DNA of 64,000 nucleotides, taken from Thermoplasmata archaeon (GTDB lineage: Archaea; Thermoplasmatota; Thermoplasmata; Lutacidiplasmatales; UBA184). The first letter of the stretch is position 1, and every line of letters starts with the position of its first letter. The stretch lies in contig JAKIWI010000001.1 in NCBI GenBank assembly GCA_022750115.1, positions 83,490 through 147,489 on the forward strand, in the 5' to 3' direction. Under the pieces are notes generated by a model. It did not search any database and was not told the origin of the DNA. It was given only the letters and a program-made list of their open reading frames with translations. Both the position numbers and the translations under genes were made by a program. Shown piece after piece: positions 18,013 through 26,592 of the stretch.

Positions 18013-19116
18013 ATGATGCGCCGGCACGCCGCCTTCCGAACGCCCGAGGAGTTCCGCGACTACCTCGCGCGCGAGACCCCGCGCCACGTGTACTACTCGT
18101 CCGCCTACTACCGATACCCCGACCATCCGACGATGCCCGGGAAGGAATGGCTCGGCGCCGACGTCATCTTCGACCTCGATGCGGACCACCTTCGGGGGGC
18201 GGGCCAGCTGGACTACGCCGGCCAACTCGCGCTCGTGCGCCGTCGGGTCCGCGACCTCCTCGACGATTTCCTGTTCCGCGATTTCGGGATCGACCCCGCA
18301 AAGACCTCGCTCGTCTTCTCGGGTGGGCGAGGCTACCACGTCCACATCCAGGACGACGCCTTCGCCATCCTGACAAGTCCGGAGCGCCGCGAGCTCGTCG
18401 ACTACATCATGGGCTCCGGGTTCGATGCGCGCAGCGTCATTTCCTCCGAGCGCCCGGGAGCGCCCGCCGCCGAGGACGACGTGGAAGCTCCCTCGCGGCG
18501 GAGTCCCTCCCCCTCGTTCGCCCGACTCCCCGAGCCCGACGCCCCCGGTTGGAGCGGTCGCACGTCGCGCGCCGTCCTCGCCATGCTCGAGCGATTGGAG
18601 CGGGAGGGCCCCGCGGCCGCCACCCAGGAGCTGGTCGACGCCGGACTCACGCCGAAGAGGGCGCGGCACCTCGCCAAGCTCCTCGTGGAAGACGGACTTG
18701 GCCGAAAGATCCACGATTCGCACAGCCTCGACGTCCGTCTGCGGGACCTTCCCCCCGAGTTTCTCGACGTGGTGGTCGCCCGGGCCGCGCTCGCCGTCCA
18801 GGGCGAGACCGACGCTCCGGTGACGACCGACATCCATCGGCTGATCCGCCTTCCGGGGTCGCTCCACGGGGGCACGGGATTCCGAGTTCTCCCCATCGCC
18901 ATCGATCGCCTCGAGGAGTTCGACCCGTTCACCGTCGCTCTTCCTCCCGCCGCCGACGGCGAGACAACGGTCGTGCGGACGACGGCCGACGTGCACTATC
19001 CGTTCCCGCCAAAGCCGGTCGACGCTCACGCGGGCGCGGAGCTCGAGCTCGCGGACCCCGTGGCGCTGTTCCTCGTGCTCAGGGGGGAGGCGGAACTTCC
19101 GCTTTCAACGGGATGA
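18013..19116 (+). CDS. priS: DNA primase small (catalytic) subunit PriS
   Basis: Archaeo-eukaryotic primase catalytic motifs present (..DVIFDLDADHL.., ..LVFSGGRGYHVHI..). Confidence 0.85.
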   Translation: MMRRHAAFRTPEEFRDYLARETPRHVYYSSAYYRYPDHPTMPGKEWLGADVIFDLDADHLRGAGQLDYAGQLALVRRRVRDLLDDFLFRDFGIDPAKTSLVFSGGRGYHVHIQDDAFAILTSPERRELVDYIMGSGFDARSVISSERPGAPAAEDDVEAPSRRSPSPSFARLPEPDAPGWSGRTSRAVLAMLERLEREGPAAATQELVDAGLTPKRARHLAKLLVEDGLGRKIHDSHSLDVRLRDLPPEFLDVVVARAALAVQGETDAPVTTDIHRLIRLPGSLHGGTGFRVLPIAIDRLEEFDPFTVALPPAADGETTVVRTTADVHYPFPPKPVDAHAGAELELADPVALFLVLRGEAELPLSTG

Positions 19117-20056
19117 CGAGCCGTCCGATCTTCTCGATCGACGCCTCGACCTGCTCGCCCGCCTTCAGCCGGCGGCTCTCCTTGCCGAACTCGAACCCCG
19201 GGGTTCCGCCGAGGCTCCCGAGAGAGATCACGTCGCCCGGCTCGAGCGTGACGCCGCGCGACAGGTGCTCCAGGATCTGCGGAAGTCGGAACACGTAGTC
19301 GTCGGTCGTGCCCGACTGTCGGACGGTGCCTCCGACCTTGAGTTCCATCTTGAGAGGGTACACTTCCCCGACTTCCTCCTTGGGCACGACCCAGGGCCCG
19401 ACGGCCATCGTCGAATCGAACCCCTTCCCCATCACCCAGTCGACAGCGGAGTCGGGGGGATACTGGAGGTCGCGGTAGCCCATGTCGAGGGAGATCGTGT
19501 AGCCGGCGACATGGTCGATCGCCTGACCCGCGGGAATGTGCTTGCCCCGCTTGCCGATGATCGCCGCGAGCTCGACCTCGACGTCCGGGAACTTCCCGGC
19601 GTCGTGCAGGATCAACGGCTCGCTCGGGCCGACGAGGCTGTTGAAGAACCGCGTGAACAGGTACGGATGGCTCGGGATCGGTTTGTTCTGCTCCGCGAGG
19701 TGGCTCTTCGAATTCGCGGCGAGGCAGTAGATCTTCGCTCCGTTCACCACGGGCGCGAGGAGCCGGATGCCCTCGGCGGGCTGAAACAGGAGACGCGCAC
19801 CGGTCGCCGCGCGCGGGGTCCATCCCGCCCGTCGGCGCCGCTCGATGTACTCCAGGATCTTCTTGGTGATCTCGACCGACTCAGCGCCGCCCGCGAAGAA
19901 CGCGCGCATGTCGCGGAACCGGCTGGGGTCGGCGCCCTTGATCGGGTTGACCCCGAAGTAGTCGCGGCAGGCGGTATCGAGGTCGATGTACTCGTTCGCA
20001 TCGGTGACCATCCCGAAGTGGAACTGGTCGGCGAGGACGAAGTGGACGAGCTTCAC
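19079..20056 (-). CDS. fumarylacetoacetate hydrolase (FAH) family protein
   Basis: 325 aa with an FAH-fold C-terminal domain (..VELAAIIGKRGKHIPAGQAIDHVAGYTISLDMGYRDLQ..). Confidence 0.75.
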   Translation of the reverse strand: MKLVHFVLADQFHFGMVTDANEYIDLDTACRDYFGVNPIKGADPSRFRDMRAFFAGGAESVEITKKILEYIERRRRAGWTPRAATGARLLFQPAEGIRLLAPVVNGAKIYCLAANSKSHLAEQNKPIPSHPYLFTRFFNSLVGPSEPLILHDAGKFPDVEVELAAIIGKRGKHIPAGQAIDHVAGYTISLDMGYRDLQYPPDSAVDWVMGKGFDSTMAVGPWVVPKEEVGEVYPLKMELKVGGTVRQSGTTDDYVFRLPQILEHLSRGVTLEPGDVISLGSLGGTPGFEFGKESRRLKAGEQVEASIEKIGRLVIPLKAEVPPPP

Positions 20057-20778
20057 GGCGGCGCTCCCGGAGGGCGAGCAGAGGCGCCGTCAGATAAGGG
20101 TCGCGGCGCGCCGGGGACCGAGGCGCCCGGAAGGTACGTGACGAGGACCCCGTCGTCGATCGGCTCCGCGCTCACGAACCGCAGGCGCGCGGCGTCCGCG
20201 TCGCCGACGGTCTCCGGCCCCCGCATCATCGGGGGGGCGGTGGCACCCCCGATCGCGACCGGCGCCACGTAGACCGTGAAGCGGTCGAACCAACCCCCGC
20301 GGACGAACGAGGCGATCACCTCGCCGCCGCCCTCGACCAGGATCTTTCGGATCCCGGCCCTCTGCAACTGCTGGAGGAGCGTCGGGATGTCGACGCGAAC
20401 GCCGCCACTGCGAAGCACCGTCACGTTCGGAGGGAACGTCCGCGTGCACGACTCCGAGACCGCGAGGATCGTCGGGATCGAGCCGTCCAGGACCCGGGCC
20501 GACATCGGCGTCCGGCCGGAGGAGTCGAGCACGATCCGGGCGGGCGACCGGACCATGGGCCGGTCGATCATCTCGGCGTGGACGCGGAGGGACGGATCGT
20601 CCAGGAGAACGGTCCCGATGCCCACCAGGATCCCGTCGACATCGGCGCGGAGCCATTGGACCCGGGCCAAGTCCTGTGGGCCGGACAGTCGGGCCCTCCT
20701 CCCTCCCGCAAAGGCGAGCCGGCCGTCGGCGGAGACGGCGCAGTTGATGTGGATGTCCGGTCGGTCGTGGGGGGCCAT
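20053..20778 (-). CDS. arfC: 2,5-diamino-6-(ribosylamino)-4(3H)-pyrimidinone 5'-phosphate reductase (RibD C-terminal-type, archaeal ArfC)
   Basis: 241 aa with a dihydrofolate-reductase-like reductase domain (..IHINCAVSADGRLA.., ..ILVEGGGEVIASF..). Confidence 0.75.
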   Translation of the reverse strand: MAPHDRPDIHINCAVSADGRLAFAGGRRARLSGPQDLARVQWLRADVDGILVGIGTVLLDDPSLRVHAEMIDRPMVRSPARIVLDSSGRTPMSARVLDGSIPTILAVSESCTRTFPPNVTVLRSGGVRVDIPTLLQQLQRAGIRKILVEGGGEVIASFVRGGWFDRFTVYVAPVAIGGATAPPMMRGPETVGDADAARLRFVSAEPIDDGVLVTYLPGASVPGAPRPLSDGASARPPGAPP

Positions 20779-20784
20779 GGCTCG

Positions 20785-22260
20785 CTACCCGCTCGCCAGC
20801 GCCGCCGCCTCGTCCCGGATCGCCCGCCCGTCGCCGCCGGTTCGCTCGAGGTCGGGGAGGTTGATCGCCACGTTCGCCAGCGCACCGGTCACGGCGGCCC
20901 TCAGCAGGGCGAGCGCGGTCTCGGCATCGCTCGCGATCGTCGCCTTGACCTTCGGTCGGAGTCCTTCCAGCAGTCGCGCCGTTTCCCGCGCGGTTCGGGC
21001 CGTGTCCAGGGGGACCTGCGTAGCGCGGAGGGTCGCGCTCGCGAGTCGCTGACGCGCTTCGCCGTCCTCTGGAGCGGCCTTGAGCGCGCGCCGCGCCGCA
21101 CGGAGCGACTCGAATGCGAGGGTGTCGTCATCGACGCCGGTCAGGAGCGCGCGGCGCGCGATCGTCAGCGTCGCGATCCCCGCGGCGAGCTCCTCGTCCG
21201 GATGCGTCGGGTCCAGCGAGTAGCGGAGCACCATCTCACCGAGCGCCGCCCCCATCGCGGCCGCTGCGGCCGAGGCGCTCCCTCCGCCCGGAGTCGGGGT
21301 GCGGTCGGCCAGGCGCTGGCTGAAATCGCTCACGCTGAGGGATACGAGGGCTCCACCGGAGGAGGCCGCCGCGAGCCTCCGCTCGAGCACCTGCTTGCGG
21401 TCGAACGAGCGGAGCTGGAGGTACGATTCGGCCGCCTCGAACAGCGCGTCCTCGGGGACCAGCCCCACGATCTCCGACTCCTCGGTCCCTGCCCCGAGCT
21501 TCTGGGCCTCCGCCCGCACGGCCTCGAACGCTTTCGAGACCGACGTCCGGTGGTAGTCCGTGAGGTTCATCGAGACCTGGGCGCGGTTTCGTTCCTTGAT
21601 CTCGAAGCCGAGGGCCTTCACCTCCGGAAGGCCCCCGTCCCGCGCCCGCACCGCCTTCGCGATCTTCTTCGCGATCGCCACATCCGGCGTGTCGAGATAG
21701 ACGTTGTAGGCGATCAGAACCGGTCGGGCTCCGATCGCGACCGCTCCGGCGCTCGGATGGACCTTCTTCTCCCCGAAGTCGGGCGCCCGGATCGGGTCGG
21801 AGGCGATCGTGTCGCGGATGCCCTCGAACTGTCCCCGGCGGACGAAGGCGAGGTCGGAGCGCTCGGGAACTCGGGCGCTCGCCCCGTACAGGTAGACCGG
21901 GACGCCGAGCTCGCGGGCGACGCGTTCGCCGAGCCTCTCCGAAAGGCGGATCGCCTCGGCCATGGTCGCTTCCCCGAGCGGCACGAACGGAACCACGTCG
22001 ACCGCGCCCATCCGGGGATGCTCGCCGGTGTGCGTACGGAGGTCGATCGTCTCGACGGCGACCCGCATCATCCGGAACACCGCGTCGAGGAGCGGGTCCC
22101 CCTCGCCAGCCAACGAGATCACGCACCGGTTGTGGTCGGCGTTCCGCTCCACATCGAGGACCGTGACACCGGACACCCCCCGTGCCGCGGCCGCGATCGC
22201 CTCGACCTTGCGATCGTCCCGGCCCTCGGAGAAATTCGGGACCGACTCGAAGCGGCTCAC
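20785..22260 (-). CDS. ftcD: glutamate formimidoyltransferase / formiminotetrahydrofolate cyclodeaminase (FtcD-like, two domains)
   Basis: N-terminal block MSRFESVPNFSEGRD...GEHPRMGAVDVVPFVPL closely matches the FtcD formiminotransferase domain. The C-terminal helical domain resembles the cyclodeaminase domain. Confidence 0.8.
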   Translation of the reverse strand: MSRFESVPNFSEGRDDRKVEAIAAAARGVSGVTVLDVERNADHNRCVISLAGEGDPLLDAVFRMMRVAVETIDLRTHTGEHPRMGAVDVVPFVPLGEATMAEAIRLSERLGERVARELGVPVYLYGASARVPERSDLAFVRRGQFEGIRDTIASDPIRAPDFGEKKVHPSAGAVAIGARPVLIAYNVYLDTPDVAIAKKIAKAVRARDGGLPEVKALGFEIKERNRAQVSMNLTDYHRTSVSKAFEAVRAEAQKLGAGTEESEIVGLVPEDALFEAAESYLQLRSFDRKQVLERRLAAASSGGALVSLSVSDFSQRLADRTPTPGGGSASAAAAAMGAALGEMVLRYSLDPTHPDEELAAGIATLTIARRALLTGVDDDTLAFESLRAARRALKAAPEDGEARQRLASATLRATQVPLDTARTARETARLLEGLRPKVKATIASDAETALALLRAAVTGALANVAINLPDLERTGGDGRAIRDEAAALASG

Positions 22261-23291
22261 GAGGCCTCCCCGCCGAACGTCTCGAGCGACGTCTGGCGGC
22301 CGCGTTCGACCGGCGTCAAGGTCGTCCCCGTCGGTCGCTGCTTGGCTCGCTCCAGCGCGGCATCCACCCGCGGCGTGGAGAACCCGTGGCGGTCGACGAG
22401 GATCCGAAGCACCGCATCTCGGTCCAGCGGGCGCAGGGCGACCGACGGTACGTCGATGGTCTCCGGGTGGCGGAACAGCTCGGCGACCGGCTCCACTTCG
22501 GCGGGGTCGAGTCCAGCGTGGCGCAGCGTCGCCTCCCAGCCGAGATGCTCTTGGACGAGCTTGAGAGCCTTCTTGGGGCCGTACCCCCGGACCCCATCCG
22601 AAAAGTCCGTCCCGACCAGGAGCCCGATCAGGAGCAGCTCCTCGTCGGAGATGCCGAGCCGCTCGAGGAGCTTCGCCCGGTCGACGATCTGCGCGGCGGG
22701 AGCCCGACCCTTGGAGACGCGGGCGGCGAGCCCGCGGACGAGGCGCGGGGCGCGGAACAGCAGGCTATCGTAGTCCTCCGAGGCCGACGCCCATACGACC
22801 CCCTGGGCGGCCATCGCGGCGGCCTGAGCCTCGCCCTCCGAGGGCGCTCGGACGGTCGGAACTCCGAGTGCCGTGAGCAGCTCGATCGTCTCGTCGGCCA
22901 TCGAGCGCGAGAACCGGCTCGTCTGCGCGGCTTTGCGACGGGCCGTCTCGAGGTCGCCGGCGGCGAGCGCCTCCTTCCACGCCGACTCGGCGCGCTCCTT
23001 CGCCTGGAATCGCTCCCGAAGGGTGCCGGCCTTGAGGTCGGGAGGTTTCCCGTCGAAGACCCAGACGGGCAAAACGCCCTGACCAAGCAATGAGGTGGTC
23101 CGGTAGAGGACGCCCATCAAGTGGCTCGTGACCCGACCATCGGGGTCGCTGAACGGCTGACCGTCCCGCTGTCGGATGGTCGCGAGGAACTGGTAGACGG
23201 CGTTGTAGGCATCGACTGCGACCGAGCGGCCGGCGAGCGCCTCCCACGGAAGCTCCTCGAACGTCACCAGGTCGCGGAACGGGAGCCCCAC
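22257..23291 (-). CDS. fen: flap endonuclease 1 (FEN-1)
   Basis: 344 aa with XPG N- and I-domains (..AVDAYNAVYQFL.., ..ASEDYDSLLF.., ..GTDFSDGVRGYGPKKALKL..). GTG start. Confidence 0.9.
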   Translation of the reverse strand: MGLPFRDLVTFEELPWEALAGRSVAVDAYNAVYQFLATIRQRDGQPFSDPDGRVTSHLMGVLYRTTSLLGQGVLPVWVFDGKPPDLKAGTLRERFQAKERAESAWKEALAAGDLETARRKAAQTSRFSRSMADETIELLTALGVPTVRAPSEGEAQAAAMAAQGVVWASASEDYDSLLFRAPRLVRGLAARVSKGRAPAAQIVDRAKLLERLGISDEELLLIGLLVGTDFSDGVRGYGPKKALKLVQEHLGWEATLRHAGLDPAEVEPVAELFRHPETIDVPSVALRPLDRDAVLRILVDRHGFSTPRVDAALERAKQRPTGTTLTPVERGRQTSLETFGGEAS

Positions 23292-23451
23292 GTGCCTCGT
23301 CGAGCGGCGCGAAGTACTTGGTTCTTGGGGGCGGACGGAACGCCGACCGGGAATGCCGGCGATGCGAACGTTCGGCGAGGTCGCCCGCGAGCCAACTCCG
23401 GGGAACGGCGTGCTTACCTAGCGGCGCTCGCTCCGACCCGACGGGATTGCG

Positions 23452-24237
23452 ATGACGCTGACGTGGCGCGACACCGGGACCGAGTCGGAGCCGCTCACCG
23501 ACGGAGGGATCGTCCTGTCGAGCTTTCCCTCGGCGGGGTTGGCCGCGACGATCGCGGGCCACTACATCGTCAAGACCCTGAAGCTCCCGCGCGTCGGGGT
23601 CTTCGAGGGGACCGAGGCGCAGCCGATCGCGGTCGTCCAAGGCGGTGTCGTGCACCCGCCCATTCGTGTGTACGGACGCGCCAACCTGTCCATCGTCCTG
23701 TCGGAGCTGCCGGTCGCCCAGGACACGGCGAACTCCGTGGCCCGGGCGATCCTCGATGGGGCCGCGAAGCGAACGGCGCGCCTCGTCGTCGGTCTCGAGG
23801 GCGTCGTGCCCCACCCCTACGAGGCGGAAGGAGATGCGGCCGACGGCCCGTCGACCGACGAGACCGTTTGGTTCGCTGCGGCTCGGGAAGACAAGACCAC
23901 CTCCGCGGAGTTTCGGACCGCCGGCATGCGCCGACTCGACGACGGGATCATCGGAGGGGTCTCGGGTGCGCTCCTCGTCGAGGGGATCACGAGTCCGACC
24001 GCCGTCTCGGTGCTCCTGGTGAGCGCTCGCCACGCGCCGCAGGGGCTCGCGGACCACCTCGCCGGTGCGAGCTTGATCGAGGCGCTGGACCGCCTCCTTC
24101 CGGACCTCAAGATCGACACGGCGCCGCTGCGCACGCAGGCGGCGATGATCGAGAAGGCGATCCGGCAGGCCCTGAAGACCCGTCCTCGGGGCGCGGAGTC
24201 GGAACCCGACCCCAACTCGCCCACGATCTACGGCTGA
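23452..24237 (+). CDS. PAC2-family proteasome assembly chaperone
   Basis: 261 aa resembling the PAC2/PbaA family (..IVLSSFPSAGLAATIAGHYIV.., ..IGGVSGALLVEG..). Confidence 0.65.
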   Translation: MTLTWRDTGTESEPLTDGGIVLSSFPSAGLAATIAGHYIVKTLKLPRVGVFEGTEAQPIAVVQGGVVHPPIRVYGRANLSIVLSELPVAQDTANSVARAILDGAAKRTARLVVGLEGVVPHPYEAEGDAADGPSTDETVWFAAAREDKTTSAEFRTAGMRRLDDGIIGGVSGALLVEGITSPTAVSVLLVSARHAPQGLADHLAGASLIEALDRLLPDLKIDTAPLRTQAAMIEKAIRQALKTRPRGAESEPDPNSPTIYG

Positions 24238-24260
24238 ATCGGGCCCCCGAGGGGAAACCG

Positions 24261-24443
24261 CTACGCGGTGGAACTCTCGCCGAACGACTCCGGGTAGGTC
24301 AGGAGGTACAACGAACCCCCGATCATGACCAGGACGAGGAACAGGATCGACAGCGGGTTCGAGGCGAATTGCCAGACCGTGACCGCCAGCAGGATCGCCG
24401 GAAGCACGATGGTGAGAGCGACCGTCAGCAGCCGGCCATCCAT
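24261..24443 (-). CDS. small two-helix membrane protein (60 aa)
   Basis: Two predicted TM helices. A TATA-like GCTTAAAC lies about 26 nt upstream of its ATG on the minus strand (24469..24477). Confidence 0.4.
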   Translation of the reverse strand: MDGRLLTVALTIVLPAILLAVTVWQFASNPLSILFLVLVMIGGSLYLLTYPESFGESSTA

Positions 24444-24507
24444 GACGGGAGTTCCGAGCCGGCTCGGGGTTTAAGCATTCCTCAGCGGCGCGACGTCACA
24501 GCGAGGC

Positions 24508-25092
24508 GTGATAGCCGCCCGGTCCGTCCGCCGCGGCGGAACCGCGATGTCCGAGCCCGAGCGTCGTTTCACCCGGTGGCGACGGGAGCCCGATCCAGGA
24601 CCCGGCTACACCCAAATCCCCGCCGATGGGGCGTGCCTCTCCGTCTTCTTGATCATTCGCGAAGCCAGCGGCTCCCCGCGTCTGCTCCTCGGCACGCCCC
24701 ACCCCTCGGCCGATTGGGGTCGGATCGGAGGGCTCGAACCCGCCCGACTCGCCCGCCTGGCCGGGCACCTGATGCTCCCATCTTCCCACCTCATCGAGTA
24801 CGAGTCCCCGCAGGAGGGCGCGGCTCGGATCGCGAGCGAGCAGCTCGGCCTCGTCGACCTCCCTCTCGCCGGTCCCGAGGTCGTCTCGGACGCCTACGGC
24901 CGACCCGGGGCTCCGGACCGGCACTGGGACCTCGACTTCCTCTTCCGGGCGAACTGGCCGGCCGGACGACCGCTCTCGTCCCCTAACTGGTCCCGCCTCG
25001 AGTTCGCGGACCCCCAGACGCTCCTGCGGGCCCGGTTCGGCCGTGCGCACGACGACATCCTGCGCTTCGCCGGCTTCGCGACCGCCGACTAG
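24508..25092 (+). CDS. hypothetical protein, NUDIX-fold-like with a degenerate Nudix box
   Basis: The beta-strand GACLSVFLIIRE is followed by a degenerate Nudix-box-like segment (ESPQEGAARIASEQLGL) that lacks the catalytic REUxEE glutamates. Confidence 0.35.
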   Translation: MIAARSVRRGGTAMSEPERRFTRWRREPDPGPGYTQIPADGACLSVFLIIREASGSPRLLLGTPHPSADWGRIGGLEPARLARLAGHLMLPSSHLIEYESPQEGAARIASEQLGLVDLPLAGPEVVSDAYGRPGAPDRHWDLDFLFRANWPAGRPLSSPNWSRLEFADPQTLLRARFGRAHDDILRFAGFATAD

Positions 25093-25129
25093 GCGGGCGC
25101 CCGCGATGGCGGGCGGAGCCGGGTCCCGC

Positions 25130-26053
25130 TCAGCGAAGTTCGGGGCGGCCCGGGATCGGCACGACGACCTCGAACGTGAGCTCGACGTCGTCGGTCGCTG
25201 CCGCCAGGGGGGGGGAAGCTCTCGGGAGGGGGAGGGGAGCGGGCGGTGGCCCCGCGGGTCCGATCGACGACGGGGTCGAGTGGGCGGTCCGCGCCATCGA
25301 CTCGCCGATGTCGAGGGCCGCGATCCGCTCGGCGTCCACGAGCGCTTCGACCGGGTTGAGCATCGACTCTTCGATGTGGGTCGCGATGTGCTCGGCCCAG
25401 ATGCCCGCAACCTCGCGGAAGCGGGTCTGGCGGTCGGTCGCGAGCAGCTCCTCGTTGTCGAGGACCGTCAGTGTCGCTTGCCGACGAAGGCGCTTTTCCA
25501 CGAAGGCGTCGAGGAAATGGAGCCCGGCGATCGCGCGGTCCGCGACCGCGCGCCGTTCCGCCTCGGCGGCGAACGGCTTGATGACGAAGACGCTCAGCAC
25601 CTCGGCCGAGCGGCTCGCGGCGTCGAGCACCGGCCCGAGGATCCCGGTGCCGCTCCCGCCGCCCAGCGAGGCGACGACCGTCACGAAGGTGGCGCCCTCG
25701 AAGACCCGGTCGAGCGCAGGGCCGGCGGCGCGGGCGAGCTGCCCAGCGGCCGCGACCGAGGTCGGGATGCCGAACCCCGAGCCGTCCTCCGCTCCGAGAC
25801 AGATCCGGCGGTCGAAGTCCTCGGCCTCCGCGACCCGCGGGTCGCAGTTGATCGCGACGGTCTCGACGAAGCGAAGGTGGCGACGGGCGATCTCCCGGCC
25901 GACCCGGACGCCCCCGCCGCCGACGGCGACGAGGAGGAACCGGACGTCCTGACCTAGTCGGACGCTCGGCTCCCAGAGCCCTGCGTCGACGTCGTCCGTC
26001 CGGCGAATCGTTCGGTCTCGGTCGGTTCCCTGTTGTTCGTTGGCCTCGCGCAC
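25130..26053 (-). CDS. FtsZ/tubulin-superfamily GTPase, short non-canonical form (lacks most of the FtsZ C-terminal domain)
   Basis: N-terminal nucleotide-binding motifs are present: DVRFLLVAVGGGGVRVG (G-box 1) and VVASLGGGSGTGILGPVLD (tubulin signature GGGTGSG variant), followed by VFVIKPFAAE. It is about 307 aa from a GTG at 26053; the start is uncertain. It ends about 60 aa after the T7-loop region. Confidence 0.6.
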   Translation of the reverse strand: MREANEQQGTDRDRTIRRTDDVDAGLWEPSVRLGQDVRFLLVAVGGGGVRVGREIARRHLRFVETVAINCDPRVAEAEDFDRRICLGAEDGSGFGIPTSVAAAGQLARAAGPALDRVFEGATFVTVVASLGGGSGTGILGPVLDAASRSAEVLSVFVIKPFAAEAERRAVADRAIAGLHFLDAFVEKRLRRQATLTVLDNEELLATDRQTRFREVAGIWAEHIATHIEESMLNPVEALVDAERIAALDIGESMARTAHSTPSSIGPAGPPPAPLPLPRASPPLAAATDDVELTFEVVVPIPGRPELR

Positions 26054-26088
26054 CGCCACCACCCCCGCCGTGAATCCTGACCCCTCGG

Positions 26089-26592
26089 CTACCGGCCGAG
26101 GACCCCCTTCCGCTCGAGCTCCTGCGACGTGTCGCGGAGCTCGCGCAACCTCTCGCGGTTGGCATCGGCGCCTCGAACGGCCGTCCGCGCCCGGTCGACC
26201 AGCTCTTGGACCTTCGCCTCGAGCTCGCCGCGACGGACGAGCTCGGCGAGGACGTCCGCAAGGTCGCGGCCGTTCCCGTTCAGCTCGCCGTAGACGCGGA
26301 GCGTCTCCACCTCGTCGACCCGGAGCCGGACCGGCACCTCGATCAGTTCCCGGGTCGGACGAGGGGTGGCGCTCGCAACGGCCGTGAGGGCCCGCGCCCG
26401 GAGGAATTCCCGGAGCGCGGAGCGCATCAGATCCGACCGGCTGCGGAACTCGCCACTGGCGACAAACGAGTCGACCAGCTGAAGCTCGCGGCGGTGGCAC
26501 CTGAGCGCAATGCGCTCATCCTCGGGGCCGATCCGTGTCGTGGACGGGGCACCGGCTCCGTCCGAATCGAGTTGCGGGGGTTTGTCGAACAC
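26089..26592 (-). CDS. tandem ribbon-helix-helix (CopG/Arc/MetJ-like) DNA-binding protein
   Basis: GTG start. First RHH unit is ERIALRCHRRELQLVDSFVASGEFRSRSDLMRSALREFL. Second RHH-like unit is IEVPVRLRVDEVETLRVYGELNGNGRDLADVLAELVRRG. It sits 36 nt upstream of the FtsZ-like gene. Confidence 0.6.
   Translation of the reverse strand: MFDKPPQLDSDGAGAPSTTRIGPEDERIALRCHRRELQLVDSFVASGEFRSRSDLMRSALREFLRARALTAVASATPRPTRELIEVPVRLRVDEVETLRVYGELNGNGRDLADVLAELVRRGELEAKVQELVDRARTAVRGADANRERLRELRDTSQELERKGVLGR

Noticed and set aside
25130-26500. FtsZ-like ORF extended to 456 aa, overlapping the RHH gene
   Set aside because: The first 150 codons overlap the RHH gene in another frame and are Arg/Pro/Gly-rich. 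The gene is called from a GTG at 26053. The identification as canonical CetZ or FtsZ was also rejected because the C-terminal domain is largely missing.
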